From Piromyces finnis finn (taxonomy: Eukaryota; Fungi; Neocallimastigomycota): a DNA stretch of 64,000 nucleotides. The translations under genes were made by a program, and so were the position numbers. Each line of letters opens with the position of its first letter. Positions within the stretch are counted from its first letter, which is position 1. This document shows positions 1-15,583 of this stretch, one piece after another. The notes beneath the pieces are model-generated. The model searched no databases, was not told the DNA's origin, and saw only the letters and a program-made list of their open reading frames with translations. The stretch lies in assembly GCA_002104945.1 (NCBI GenBank), contig MCFH01000004.1:1240001-1304000 (forward strand). Reading direction: 5' to 3'.

Positions 1-609
1 ATCATCTATTTTTAGTGTTTTTTCTTCAGGATGCTGTACTCTTACAAATCAATATTAAATATAAAATTAATTTATAAATTTTATATTGAATTAAATTATG
101 AGATTTAATATTACCTATAACCAACATTTATTACATCTCGAATTTTTCTGTTCACTTCATTTGATTTACAAGCAAGATATAAACAAGTGCAACATAGAAG
201 CTATTATTATTGCATATTTTATTTATTTAATTTGTCTATATTTTAATTTTTATATCTACATACTATACTATATATAATAATTATAATTATATACTTCATT
301 ATCAAGTGGTGTATCAATTTCAGGGTCAATAATTTTCTCCTTTATTTGATTTTCTTGATTGTTTATATTTTTTAATTTATAGTGATTATTAAATTTATGA
401 AAAAATGTTAATGCCAAAGAAAACGTTTGCTGAGATCTTAAATATTGTCAAAAATAATAAAATAATAATAAAATATTAATTTAATTTATATACATATATA
501 TATATTTTAACTATTTTGACATGAAATTTAATTAATTTTATTACATTTTTAATAAATCAGAACATTTCTTCATATATTTTATATAATAAGCATATTCATA
601 CTGGTTCAT
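1..609 (-). CDS. Transcriptional cyclin (cyclin L/K/Q[FAM58A]-like), 5' part only; runs off the window start
   Basis: Spliced by eye: ATG at 609, MNQYEYAYYIKYMKKCSDLLK | SQQTFSLALTFFHKF...DTPLDE | LLCCTCLYLACKSNEVNRKIRDVINVGYR | VQHPEEKTLKIDD, with GT-AG introns. The motifs LALTFFHKF and YLACKxxE...RDVINV are typical of the N-terminal cyclin box. Confidence 0.75.
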
Positions 610-1670
610 TTTAATAATAATTTGGATGTGTTATTAATTCTTTTATTTTATATTTTGTATATAAGTATGATATCATAAAAATATTAACATTTATTTTTTT
701 TAAATGAAATGTCTTTGAAATCTAATTTTAAATATTTTAATTATAAATAAATTATTTTTAATCATAGTAACATAATAAATTCAATATGTATCATACATTT
801 TATTAATTATAAAAAATAATAAATAAAGTTTAATATACCAATACAATTAAAAGATAATTGTGATATAACCATTTTAAAAGTTATTTAATTTATTAAATAC
901 TTTTAAAAAAAGAAATAAAAGAATAAAAATAAAAATAATAGAAAAAAAAATATTAATTTAACCGAAAAATAATAAATAAGAGTATAAACAAGTAAATAGC
1001 ATTTATTTTCGATAAAATAGTAAATTAAAAAAAAAAAAAAGATAAAAAATAAAAAAGAATAGAAAAAAAAAAAAAAAAAAAAAGAGTAAACAAAAATAAA
1101 TAATAAAAATAATAAATCAAAGATTGATTATAAAATAAAGAAATATTATATATATAATATTGTTATTATTAGAACAATTTGAAAAGATTCATATATATTT
1201 TTTTATTAATAGAATAAATTGAAAAAAATTGAAAGAATAAGCTTAAAAACATATCTATTTTATTATTCAATATTTATTTCATTTATTTATTATTAATTTT
1301 AAATTAAAAAATAAAACAATAACAACAATAATAAAAACGAAAGCAAATACAAAAACAATAGAAAAAAAAAAATAATAAAAAATAAATAAAAAATAAATAA
1401 AGAAAAAAGTAATAATAAATAAAAATAAAAATAAATAGTAATAACATTATTATTATAAAAGAAATTATTAATCCCATTTTATATATTTTAATAAAATTCC
1501 GCAAATTAAAAATAGACAAAAAATATATATCACAATATTATATATATAATAACAAATACAGGAATAATAATAATATCTTTAATAATAAAGAATATTAGAT
1601 AAATTCTTAAATTATTGAATTATTATAATTATCATTTTTGTAAATATTATTTATAGGATAATTAAACATA

Positions 1671-4600
1671 ATGCTCACCTGGTGGGCTTTTGGTAATATC
1701 TGCTTATTTGCAGGTTTAATTTATATATTTTTACAGTATGGTATTCCAATTTTATGGGATAAGCTTCAAGAAAAATATGGATTTAAAATAGGATTATATA
1801 ATTTTTATAAATATAAATTTGAATTTTCGGCTGATAAGATTCATGGTATTAATAAAGGTCTTATTATAAACAATGTTGGTTCTATTGAAAAAATTAATAT
1901 GACAGCTTTAAGAATATTGCCAAAAATATCCTTTTCAAGATTAAATAAGCATTGGTTTACAGTTGAAATCCAAAATCTCTGTATATTAATTGATGGTAAA
2001 AAGATCAAAAAAAATATTGGGAATATTAAAAAAAATAAAACGAAAAAAATAAAACCTAAAAAAAATAATAAATTAAAGAAAAAATTAAATAAATTATTTA
2101 ATAATTTTATTAATAGTATTTTAAATAACAATGCACTTCATTTTATTCTTAATAATGTAATAAAACACCTATTTGCAATTAGTATTGAAAATGTTGACAT
2201 TCGTTATATTACTTCACAAAATACTTTAATAAATTACCGCCAGGATTTCATTTATATCTATTCAGGAATAGAACCTTCAACCATTATAAGTGTAAATACT
2301 GAAAATTCTAATAATTATCAGGACTTTTTCCTCAGAGTTCTAATATCACCATTTTCTATTAACCATTACCAAAATATTAAACTCTTACCTGATGAAAAAC
2401 TTGTATATGATTTTAATTATCAATTAACAGAACCAATATTCGAAAATATTAATAAAGTGACCCCATTATTGATGTCTGAGGAATCAACTGAATTTACATT
2501 AAAATGGACTAGCAAAATTAATTTTAGAAGAAATATCGAACTTGGTATTTATATTAATGGATTTACTATTGAAATAAATGAAATTAAAAAATTGATGAAA
2601 ACATTAAAACAACAAAATAATAAATATAATAGTAGTTCAATTAGTGAAGATAAAATTATTAATGATACTGAAGAATTTAAAGATATTATTGATAATAAAG
2701 ATAATAAAGTAACTCAGTCAATAAAAACTACTAATGAAGTAAAAGATGACTTCCTTGTTCAAAATTCAAATAACGAAGATGATATTAATTATGATATAAT
2801 TGAGACAGTTTTAGATTACTTAGATGCTTTGAATATTCATTTAAAATTTAATATTAATCGTTTAGCAGTTATTAAAACAAATAATAAACTTTATTCACTA
2901 CCATCAATTTTATTAACATTGAATAAATTATCTCTTGAAACATCAATTGTTTCGGTCCCTGAAACAGAGAGACAAATTATTCACGATTCAACTTTTGAAA
3001 TATATGATCTTGTAGTCGATCTTTTCAATGGCAAAATGTCAGCTATATACCTTGAAAATAATGAAATGCAATTATTCCGTTTACCTTATTTTTCGACAAT
3101 TATTAATAATTCATCAATAAAGGATATTCGAAAAATTGAAGACGTTTTTAATTGTTGTAATCTTTTTCAAATATTAGTTGATTCTCCAGAAATAAATGTA
3201 TGCGAAACTTATGTTTCAATGATTTTAGAAGAATTATTCTGTAGTAAAAATATAAATAATGAATTAAAAGTAAGAAGAGGACCATCCATGTCATTTTCAT
3301 CAGCAACCTCGAGCTTTGAAAATATTAGTGAAAATATTATTAATGAAGAAATTGAAATGAAAAAACAAAAAAAGCCTATAAGTTCACCTCAAAATAAATT
3401 GATTTTAACAATTTTAGAGTTTTTAACAATATATACTTCAATACATATTGTCAATCCCAGTTTTAAAATGAGGTTGTCAAAAAATACTGTTCGAAGTCAT
3501 TTACCAAAATTTCCATCTCATCATTTTTTAGTTTTCGCTACTCATATTGATGAAATATATATTAAAGGAATTGCTCATAATATTATTTCGAGTAAAGAAT
3601 ATCATTCATATATGGAAAAATTAAGATCTAACAATATGAATAAAAGTAGTACTGAAAAATCACCAAAAAATCTTAAAATTGATAGAGATGTATTATATAA
3701 TATTCTTAGAAGTGATTTATATGATCCTGATTCTAATATAAATTTTAATATTGTATTTAAAAATTTTTATGTTGACACCAAATTAGTTAAGCAGGGTGAT
3801 GTATATAATTTATCATATAGCAATGAAAAAGATTTACATATGGATAATTTTCAAATAAATTTAAGTCTTTCTCTTCCTAAAATTAATAGATTTGGAAATG
3901 TAGAAAAAAATATACCTACAAAAGGTAAGTTATTATTATATTTTAAAAATATTTTAATTGTTTTTATTTTTAATAACATATAAATATATAACTATTTATT
4001 AATTAACTATTTAAATATTTAATATGCTAAATTTATCGAAATTATTAAATAAATATATGATTTGAATTTAAAATAGACGATTTAAAAACAGATATTATTT
4101 TATATTTCAACATGAATGAAATTATTGTAAATTTTACAAATTCTCTTGCAGCAACTAAATATTATTTGGTTTTTGCAACTAGTTTAATGAAATGGAAGTA
4201 TATATTAGAAAGTAATAAATTATATGTAAGATCAAGAAGTTCAAGTATATCATCATTAAGTAGGAGAAGTACAAATGCATCAATTGATTCGCATCAAATA
4301 AAATTAGACAATGAAATTTTGTCAACTGATTTATATAATGATATGAAAAAAAATACAACAAAAGACCAAAAATATAAAATTTATAAAAAGAATGTTAAGA
4401 ATAATAAAGAGGAACTAAATATTGAAAAAATAATTCAAATGTTTATGAGTAATGTTGAATTGTCTACTGATATTTTTTTATCAAAAATAAGTTTTTCATT
4501 ATTTGATTTATATGATACTAGTGGTATAAATTTAGAAATAAATGATTCATTAATATGGCTAAAATTATTAAATAATAAATCAAATCATTTAAATGATATT

Positions 4601-7600
4601 GATAATAAATTAATAGAAGAAGAAAATTATAATAGGGTTAAAAGCGAAAGGTATACTAATTCAAAAGATAATACTAATATAGAAGGTCATTTTTCAATGA
4701 GCGAGATATGCGGATATATACAGGATGCATCAAAATGGAATGAACCTGAAAATATGCAACATAGATTTTTAAGGTTAACTAAATTAGAAGGAGATTTGAA
4801 TAATAAAAACATTATTAAACCAGAAGACAATAATAATGATATTTTCGAAACAATAGAAGATAATATTAGTGATGATTGCTTAAATATAAGTGTAAATCTT
4901 GAAAAGTTAGAAATATTTTATTCAATTAATATTCATTATGCATTATTTTCAACATTCGTTAGTTTAACAAAATGGTCAAGTATTATTAAGTCTAAAATTA
5001 ATCTTCCTTATGGGAAGCATAAGAGAAATCTTTCTTATATTAATAATATTAATCTTACAAAGAAAAGAAGAGATTCAAAATCTGATCATGTAGTAGAACT
5101 AGAATCTCTTACTAATATTCATGAAGAAAAAGGTGATACTCAACAAAAAAAGAAAAAAATAATATTGTTTTCATTAGATATTAAAGCCATTGATTGCGAA
5201 TTAGAATTACCCAATGAAATTCGTTTGTATCTGTTTATTCAAAATATAAAATTTAATATGAATAAAAATAAAGAAATAGGTGTTTCCATTAAAAAAATCA
5301 CAGTTTTAGTTCCTCCTCAAATTGATGGAGATAGAGATCTATTATTAATTACTGAAATCAATGCTAATATATATAAAAGAGAGGATAAAAATAAACTAAA
5401 AAACATATTGATTATTGATATTGGAGGTGATAAAATATCAATGACAGTTCCATTTGGATATATTTTTTCTGATATTATTGAGAATGGTGTAAATATGTTT
5501 AAGTCAACAAAACAAATTGCTGTACGTTTAGTTAATACAGCCGTTAATCCTGTTACCCATATCAATCCAAATAATATCCCAGAAGTTAATGTTTTTTTCA
5601 ATACATTTTCACTTTTCTTCCTTGACCAGAAATTTGAATCGAAATTAGGTAGAAATTATAAAGAAAGTTTCAATGAACAAATTAGTAGATTAGCCAGAGA
5701 TATTGCCTTTAATAGAAAAGTTGAAGCATTAAGAAGCGTTTATAAACAAGAGCAGTTGAAGAAAAATTATGATGAAAATAGAAAATCAAATAATGAGGAT
5801 ATTGGAAATTATATAAAAGATCAATATGATGCAAAAGAAAAAGAATATGTTAATAAAGTAATTGGTGAAGAACAATTAAATACTATAAATAATTCTTCTA
5901 GTGAGGTAGAAATTGATAGTGCAAGTAGTAATAATAATAATAACAACAACAACAACAACAACAATAATAATAATAATAATGTTAATTTAGATTTAAGTTA
6001 TCAACAACTAGAGAAAAAAATTGAGAATATTTGGTATCTTCTTCAGGAAATGAATTCTAAATTGTGGATAAAATGCATAAATAAATTGAAAGGTGAAAAA
6101 TTTAAACCAATGGTTTCTGGAAAAATGACCGATTTAAGTATTAAATTAAGACCACCTGAATTATTAGCTCCTACAGTACAAGAAACTATTCATATTATAG
6201 ATAATTATTGTTCAAAAGACAGTAAATATGATCTTTTAGTTCCAATAAATATATATGTTTCTGTGAGTAGTTTCTCAATTAATTTAAGAGATTATCCACT
6301 GCCATTGATTAATGTTCCGATTATTACTGATAAACCTCATTCATCAAGTTTAACATTGTCTGGTTTATTAATTATTGCAGAACAAAAAGCATTCAAAGAA
6401 TGTATTAGATATGTTAAAGTTCCTATTTTTCCAAATACCGAACCTGTTCATGTATCTCGTACTATTAACCCAATTAAAATGTATACTCGTTTAAAAATGG
6501 TATGCTCTTCTCCACAAAAAACATTTATATCTTGGGGTTTCTCAACTGATCCTGCTTTAACAGATATGATTCGGGTTATTGATGGTTTTACAAAGGTGAA
6601 TGTTGATATAAGTGAAAACATTATTTGGTGGGATAAAATCCGATTAAATATGCATGGAAGATTTGGATTAGACTTTGTTGGTGGTGCAAACTTACATGTA
6701 AGGTTATTAGGTTCTTTATCTCCATATTTTGATGGTTTGTATCATTCAGGTACGGATGGTATTGAATTTGTATTTTCAAAAGGGGCTTCTGTTACATTAG
6801 GTGATACTGGTATTCCTAATACTCAATTGTATATTAATTGTGGGGAGTTTAAATGTGTTGTACCAAGAGCTAAATATGAATCTGTTATTAACCCAAGTGA
6901 AAATTTATTAAATAAAGTTATTGATCAAATTGATGAAGAAACTGTCATTCGTTTTTCAGGTGATGTCCGTCTATCTGTTGGTTTTGAATTTGTACCAATA
7001 TGTGATGAATATTTCACTAAACCTCGTAAACATAATGAAATTGTGTTAAAGGTTCCACAACATGCTGTTCTATACCCAAATACAAAGGTAGATAAAAATA
7101 TAAACTAGTTATATTAATATTATTTATTATATGTATTATTTTTTTTAATATTACTAAAAAATATTTTAAAATTTAACAATAGAAATTTGATTCCTATGCA
7201 GGTTTTCGATCAAAAGAAATTTTAGTATCATTATTTATTGCATCACCTCCACCACTATTTTCTTCTCTAAATTATCCATTAAATTCAATACATTTATCAC
7301 CATTTTCTCTTAACCATATTTCTTCATTAATGCCGTATTTCTCATCACCTATAGGATCTCTTCCAATTCGTATAGGTAAAATATTTAATGTAATGTTACC
7401 AAGAAAGAGACCAGCATCATTTAAGAGTGTAACTTTAAAGGCATATTTATTACCAGCAATATTGGGTTATGTTAATGGTATGAATGTTAATGAAGGTGGT
7501 GTAGGTTTACGTATTAGATCTCAAAATGCTGATATTGCTATATGTTGGAAAAAAGTGGATAGAGAAATTATTGATAATGATATTGATTCTTCAAATAAAA

Positions 7601-10600
7601 ATGATACAGAAAATAATGAAGAGGATGAAAAAAATGATCCACCTCAATTTGTTACTCAAAAATGGGTCATTCAATCATCCAAAGTAACATTTACAACAGT
7701 TGAAGGACGTACAGTTGGACTAGGAAGCTGGGTTAAAGAAATGGATAAATTAAATGAAGATGACGAAGTTCCAGACTTAGATATGGAAGGTTATAATTAT
7801 GATGATTATAATGATGGAGAAAATGATGAGTTAGAATGGATGACTGATTATGATTTCTTCTGTATAAGAAATAATTATCCATTAAAAATGGAAAAGTTTA
7901 TTTGGTCACCTCGAGTTATTTATATTAAGCGTAAATATGAACAAGAATTAAATTCATCTAATATTTCTGATGATCTGATACTTGAAAGAGATATAAAACG
8001 AACACAGTTGCAATTAGCACAAAATAGATATTTGGAAATTAAACAAGAATTAGGAAGACTTTTAGAAATTCAAAATGATATTGAAATGAAAATAAGAATG
8101 ATACAGGAGGGTGATTTCCATGAAAAACAAGAAGGAATTAAGAAAGATTCATTATTAGAACAATCAATAGAAGTAACAAATAAAATAAATATTCTTTTAG
8201 AAAAGAGAAACACTATGAGCAGTTATTTAAAATCTAGTGTTAATAGTTTTAATAATGATGATGATTTAAAATATATTAATAATGCAAATCGTAATAATCG
8301 TATGTCATTTCTTCCAACAAGTGATCATATTTCTTCATTATCAGAAAAACAGTCTCAATTTAATTATTATTATATAATTCATAATGTAAAATTAATCTAT
8401 AAGACAAGTGTTCGTAATACAATATTTAAGTTATTAGATTTACGAAATCAAGAATCATCTATGAATTATTTTACATCTAATGCTTTAATGAAAAGAATAA
8501 AACAATTACTTGTGGTGGATGATAAAGATAAAAATAATAATGTTGATTCTCAAAATATTAATAATGATGCTCCTCGTGAAGAAGATCACATTAAAACTCA
8601 ATATTATGAACAAAAATTAGCTCAAGATTTATTGAATCACTTAATTAATGAACAATACGATAATAATATAGTTCCAAATGAATTAAGTAGCTCAGATAAT
8701 AATTTACATCATCACAAAACAATGATTAATAATAAAAATATTATGTCCCTTGATTCCTATTATCCATCAAGCGATCCTGAGTCACCTGATTATGTACCAC
8801 CAAATAGTACATTCTTCAGTTCATATCTTGTTCATTTCCTGAATCCGCAAATTAATTTTGAATTAAGAAGTAAAATACATCCTAATCAATACGAATCAGC
8901 TGTTCTAGCAGCAGAAGCAGCTCAATATAAATCTATTCGAATTATGGATAGTAAAGTAAATACAGCTCATTTCACTTCAACCTTAAATCATCGTTTAGTA
9001 AAAACTCGTACAATACTAAATGTTCAGAATTCACAATTATTTTTAACTCAAAAAGGTGAAGTAGAAGAGCTTCTTCCTCAATATGAAAAATATGACAATA
9101 ACAATAATAAACCAAGAGTTCCATGGCCGTTATGGTGTCCATTAGAATGTTTAATTATTGATCAATATTCTCTTAGTAGCTATGGTTATTTAACTCGAGT
9201 AGTTGACAAAATTTCATTTAGTTGGCATAATGCTAGTCCAAATTCATTATATATTAATAAACCTATGGATAAAGGTACAAAACATACTTCTGACCAAAAT
9301 ATTAATGATGATTTGGTTCCAACACATCACGTAACATTCCCAGAATTTGCATTAACTGCTAATTCAACACAGTTTTCAATTTTATATAACATTATAATGG
9401 ACTTAATTGTATATTCAGAACCAGCCCAAAAACAAAGACGAGAAAAAATCCAGTCAATGCTATTAGCACTTGGTCAATTGGAAGACTTATCTTATATATT
9501 AGATTCTGTTCAACAACTTCAAAATATAATTAAAACTCTAGATACAAAATTGAAATATGGTTCTTGGGATGAAGAAAAGCAAGATACAGACAATAATTCA
9601 TATTTGACAAATATGACAACCAATAGATATGATAGCAAAAACAATGAAAAATATCTTGAAATATGTTCTCAATTATTGGAAGCAAAAGAGGAATTGTATA
9701 TTGTTATCGAAGCATTAAAAATATTCCATACTCGGAATAGGAATAAGTATAATATGAAAATATCATCTCGATTAATTATTTCAGCAGATAAAGTATTTTG
9801 GACAATGAATGCAGGAAATAATGATAAAATTTGTCAGTGTGATCTCTCAACGATTGTTTTTGAAATTCAGAGTCAAGAAGACCAAACTAATATTAAAAAA
9901 TTAATTATTAATGAAATTCTTTTGATAAATTTAATGGAAGATGAATTATCTCATTTTAGGAAAGCTTTATCAATTTACAATCCAAAGAAGAAAAATTATG
10001 ATTTTAATCGACATCAAATGTTTAGAGAGTATTGGAGAGAAATAGCTCCAGTAGGTGGAATTTCTATTGTAGATCATTTTGAAATTAATATGTTACCATT
10101 AGAACTTCGATTAACATATGATCTAGGAAGAAAACTTATTTTTTATGTTTTTCCTGAAAAAGATAAAACAAGTACTCATATATATGCATTGAATGAATTA
10201 ACAGAACGCTATAATAATAAAACTGAAATCCAAAATGAATTTTTAATTGGAAATAGTAATAGTCATGAAAATCTAAATGAATTAATGGAAAATCCATCTA
10301 ATGATAATATTAAGAGCGAATTAAATGATTCTGACTTATCAATACCAATTGCAGTTAATAAAGATGATGAAGTTGATAATAAGTTACTAGATACTAATAG
10401 TCGTGTATCAAGTTCAGAAAATATATCTGGAATGACAAATCAAAACAAATTAAAGAATAATAATAAAACAAATGAAAATAATGATAATCAATTAACTCAA
10501 ATGAGAACAAGAGCTCTAAAGAACAAAACATTTATTTATATTAAGGTTCCAGGTGTTCAACATTGCTTAAGTTATAAAGGTCCAAAAACAAAGAATATAG

Positions 10601-11247
10601 TTGATTTATATGATTTCACATTTAAACTTCCTACAATGGAATTTAGAAATAAAACATGGACATGGTTAGACTTATTAATGACTGTCAAAAAAATGGTTAT
10701 TAGTACAGTATTAAGTCATACAGGTTCTTTAGTGAAGACAAAAATCAGTCAGTTAAGAAAAGGTGGAATTCCATATTATGATCCAAATAAAAATGAATTA
10801 TTATCTGTTTCAAATAATAAATTTGATAATTTAAAATCAGCCAAATCAGAATCTGACCTTTATTCTTTGGGTAGAAAACCACCAAGATCAACATCGAAAG
10901 ACAATTATCAAGAATATCATATTGAGGGTGATAACATTGCTTTCGATATTGGTATAAATATTAATGAAATTGATAGTAATCAAGATGATATTTATGGTGA
11001 TTATAATACTAATGATATTAAAGAAAATGATGAAATTAATGCAAAATTCCTTAAAGTTGATACAAATAGAAATTTGGAAAGAAAATCTTCGTCTACTAGT
11101 GAATTAAGTGTTAATTCAGCTAACACTGGAAATAATTCAAAAATACAAAACTTTGATTCAGAAGACTTTAAGAAAAGATTATTATTATTTGGAAAATTTG
11201 AACGAGAAAGGAAATACAGCAATTTTAATAATTCAAATAATAGTTAA
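1671..11247 (+). CDS. FMP27: Fmp27/Hobbit/BLTP2-family bridge-like lipid transfer protein, 3 exons, about 3109 aa
   Basis: Three ORFs join in frame: exons 1671-3924, 4077-7087 and 7183-11247 (GT at 3925 and 7088; AG ending at 4076 and 7182). N-terminal hydrophobic anchor, WWDKIRLNMHG (GFWDK-type domain), FDSYAGFRS, PWPLWCPLE (WPPW-type domain), and an Apt1-like C-terminus (FREYWREIAPVGGISIVDHFEINMLPL; FRNKTWTWLDL). Confidence 0.9.
5928..5980 (+). repeat. (AAT/AAC)n trinucleotide repeat encoding poly-Asn inside FMP27
   Basis: Direct read: aataataataataacaacaacaacaacaacaacaataataataataataat, in frame. Confidence 0.9.
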
Positions 11248-12003
11248 TATTGAAAATATTATATACTAAATTGTAAAAAATATATTAAATAATACCAAAA
11301 TAACTTAATTTTATAAGTCATATCATTATTTGATTTAATAATAATAACATAAAAATAAAATTAATGTAAAAAATATCTCACATTTAACTATTTTTTTTTT
11401 TTTTAAATTTAATTATACATATTTATATATTTATTTTCCATTTATAATAAATATTAAAATATTATAATTATCTAATTGAACAAACCTAATATATAAATAT
11501 AAAAAATCTATTTATAATTATAAAACCATGATATATTATGATTGCTCTTTAATAGCTTTTTAAATAATTTTAATTTTATTAAATTTTACAGCAGTTAGAA
11601 AAATATAAGTTTCTAACTTTACAATAATAATTTTATCATTTTTATCTATTTTGTTGATTAAATTTAATATTTTTTAAAAAAAAAAAAAATTTGTTATGAA
11701 AGGTTAAATGTTTATGTTATTATCGAAAAAATATTATTTATAAAGGTAATTTTTACAATGCTACACAAAATTTTCAATTAATTTTTTTTTTTTTTTTATT
11801 TTCAAATTACTTTTATTTTTTTGAAATAAAAATGAATTCACATTTAAAAGTTACAAAATCAATAATTAATTTCAATTTTTAACTCATTTCAAAATTTCTT
11901 ATTATATTAACTAATATTTTATCTATACATAGTTTTATTTATATAGCATAGTAATATATTGAATATGCATTATTTATTCGGATATAACAGAAATAAATGT
12001 TAC

Positions 12004-12645
12004 TTATTCACCATGCTTTAAAATTCTGGTCCATTCCTTGTAGTTAAATCCGTGAGAAAGATCCATTCCTTTGAACATAATATCTACTTGTTCATCGGTA
12101 AAACGGTCACCCATTGTAGTCATATATTCACGAAGATCGTCCGCATTGATATAACCAGTTTTTTCATCATCAAAACATTCAAATGCCTGTATAATCTCAT
12201 TTTCAGGATCTGTTCCATTCATTTTTTCACCCATTAATGTTAAGAACATTGTGAAATTAATATTTCCCTTAGCTTCGTTAATCATACCATCTATATATTC
12301 TTCAGTTGGATTTTGACCTAAGGAAGCGAGCATATCCTTTAAATCTTCTTTATCTACAAAACCATCAGAATCGTGATCAAACATAGAGAAAGCTTCCTTG
12401 AATTCTCCAATTTGTTTTTGGTCAAACATTGCAAAAACATTGGAATTTTGGCGGACGGCTCTCCTATTCTTTTGTTTTCTGGCAGACTATTATATACAAA
12501 ATATACTGATTAATATGATTAAATATTATATATATTTTATATTTACTTCTATACAAAAATATTTATTTATTTTATTATTTATTATTATTAATGTTGTTCT
12601 ACTATATAACTCCATATATAGATTCATAAAATTATTATTTACCAT
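12004..12645 (-). CDS. Myosin regulatory light chain (EF-hand)
   Basis: ATG-only first exon (12645-12643, followed by gtaaat); exon 2 is 12486-12004, [49 protein letters not shown]...[20 protein letters not shown]. The RxxRxxSNVFAMF phosphorylation motif and EF hands are characteristic of MRLC. Confidence 0.92.
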
Positions 12646-13472
12646 CTTTTATTTTATAATATAGTTTAAAGAAAATAAAAAATATTTAAAATTTATAATT
12701 TTATGACAATTTACTTCCTTTTATAGCTTTTTTCTTAAAACTATAATAATTATATATAAAATTGGAAATATTTTTATAAATATCTTATTTACTTTTATTA
12801 ATATTTTTAAAATATAAAAATATAAAATGTTGCTAATTAATAATAATAAAAAACTTAGCTTCTTTAAATAGATTGTAAAAATATATATTTAAAATTATTT
12901 AATATTTTAAAAAACCTTAATATAATTAATCCTTTTATAAATTATTTAATTTTTTATATTTTAAACTTTTTACAATGATTACAATTCTAGTTTTTTTTTT
13001 CTTTTTTTCTTTTTCTTTTTTTTTTTCTTCTTGTATATATATATATATTATATATCAATATATATCAATGAAATTACATTTTGTATAATAATGAACTTAT
13101 CTTTAATATAATTGAATTAAATAATATTTTACTTTATTATTTGATTGAATTTTATAATTTATTATTTTTTAACTTTTTTTATCATATCGAAATATCAAAT
13201 TAATTTTAATAAAAATATATATTTTCTTTTTATTATTATTTTAAAAATACTTGGTGTTAAATACATCTATATGAATACATTATTTATTAATTTTCTTTTT
13301 GTATTAATTGCTTTATTGATAAATAAAAGTTATATTTACATTTACATGAATATATATATAAATAATTAAAATAATAATTTTAATATTAAAATTTAATTAA
13401 AAATAGAGCTTTGTAGTTATGACAGATGATGAATTGCTGCAACTATAATTTTTTTAATATTATTTCACTTGC

Positions 13473-14905
13473 TTATAAGAACATGTTATCGAAACCACCT
13501 CCACTTGGTGGGAAGTAACTATCATTATCTGGTTCATAACTATAATATTGTAATGAATTTTATTTTAAATAATAAGAAGTATAAGAAGTTAATTAAAATT
13601 AAAAAAATAATATAATTCAATTATATGTTGGAAATAATTATTTACCTGTTAAATCTTCTATTGCTTCCATTATTTCTATTATTACGATTATTAAAATTTC
13701 TGCGACTGGATTGATTACCAAATGGTCCAATAGGGTCAAATCTTGCACCTTCTGGTACTGCACCAAAAGGTAATGTCGTTGGACCACCATAGAAACCTCC
13801 TGGACCTAAATCGTCATCTCCTCCAATATTATTAAAAATAGGATTATTAGGTCCCATAATTAATCCTCCTCCAGCAGATGGTCCCATACTGTTGAATGGG
13901 TTAAGGTCAAAGTTTCCTGGATTTAATGGCATTGGATTTCTAATTATATTTGGTCTATTAATTCTTAAAGAATTTTCAGTTTCTACTTCATTATCATTAA
14001 AATCAATTGGAGGAATTTTTGTTGGTTGTTGTCTTGTTTAATATAAAATATTTTTGAAATAATTTTTATATCTTATTAGTATTAAATATTTTTATAATAT
14101 AGTTAAGTATAAATATTTAATTTATAATATATATATATAAACTTTTTTATTTACTCAGCTAAAATTTCATTATGATATTTTTTTGATGAATGTAAATTAT
14201 CTACTATTTCTTCGGTTACATTATTTAATAAAGGTATTAAGTTTTCTTTATTAAAGAATTGTTTTTCAATTTTTGTTAATGGGAATGAACAATTTTGAAA
14301 TAAATTACTTAATGAAAGTTGAATTGAATAAACTTTTTCAGTCTGAGGATATAAATTAATATATTTTTTTGATAAATATATTAAATATGTTAATAATATT
14401 TCTTTATTTTTCTTTATAATTATTTTACTAAAATGATTTAAAATATAATTACTTACCTTACAAACCATAGCATTAACTGTCAATGTATTCATCATTTTTA
14501 CTATATTGATATAATATTTTTCAACAGTATCCTTGTATTGATAGATAAATACCCAATTATTTGGTAAAGCATTCCATTCTAATGGTAATTTTTCTATTGC
14601 TAATAATCCATATTTTGTTATAATGTTTATTTAAAAGATTACAAATATTTTATTATTAATATATTTAAAATGCTCTTTATTACATTATTATTTTTAAAAA
14701 AATGAATAATTTTTTTTATTTTTTTTATACCCTTCAATTTTTCTTCTTTTTTAACATTTACATCATTTTCTTTTATACTTATTAAGGTGAAATTATTTTC
14801 AATAAATTGAGTATGAATTAATAAAACTAAAAGTTCAGCTTCAGATTTAATTTCGACTTTTTCCAAGGATTTTTCCAAGGAATTTATAAGTGAATCAAAA
14901 CTCAT
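13473..14905 (-). CDS. Proteasome inhibitor PI31 (PSMF1/Fub1-like), multi-exon
   Basis: N-terminal ELLVLLIHTQF (FP domain); Pro/Gly-rich C-terminus with VPEGARFDPIGPF; last exon EPDNDSYFPPSGGGFDNMFL*, resembling the PI31 terminal HbYX-like end. ORF-track pieces 14639-14953, 14151-14495 and 13642-13932 are exons. Confidence 0.85.
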
Positions 14906-15512
14906 AATAGAGACTTTATATATAACAAATAAAAAATTATATGTTAAAAACAATAATGAAAAAAGGATTATATATATATATATTTTAAAATACTTTAAAA
15001 GAAGTTAGTATTAAAAAAAAAAAAAAAAGAAATAGTTTTATTTTGAAAAAAAAAAAGAAAGATTTTTATAATTAATTTTATATCACTATTACCGTTTAAT
15101 TAAGGAAAAAAAGATAAAAAAGAAAGAAAAAATAAAAAAAAAAAAGATTAATAAGCTTTTTGAATAAAGCTTATTAATAATGATGTTTTATTATAATAAT
15201 TGGAATTAATTTATAAAATGGTCATTTATTATTTTTTAAAATTTAAAAATGTGAAATTTTGTTATTTTACAGATAATTAATTAAATTAAATATATATGAA
15301 CATTTTATTTCATATATCCATTAAAAATAATTTAATTTAGAGAGTAATTTATGCGGATGATTAATTTTTTTAAAACTATCAAAATTTAACAAATTATATA
15401 ATTATAATAATTATGAATATTATAAATAATAGTATGATGTATTTAAACAATTTTTTATATTGGAATTATAACATAGTATAACCAATAATTTACTCATTTA
15501 TAGGTTTTATTG

Positions 15513-15548
<36 letters not shown>

Positions 15549-15583
15549 ATATATATATATATATATACATATTGTTTAATTAA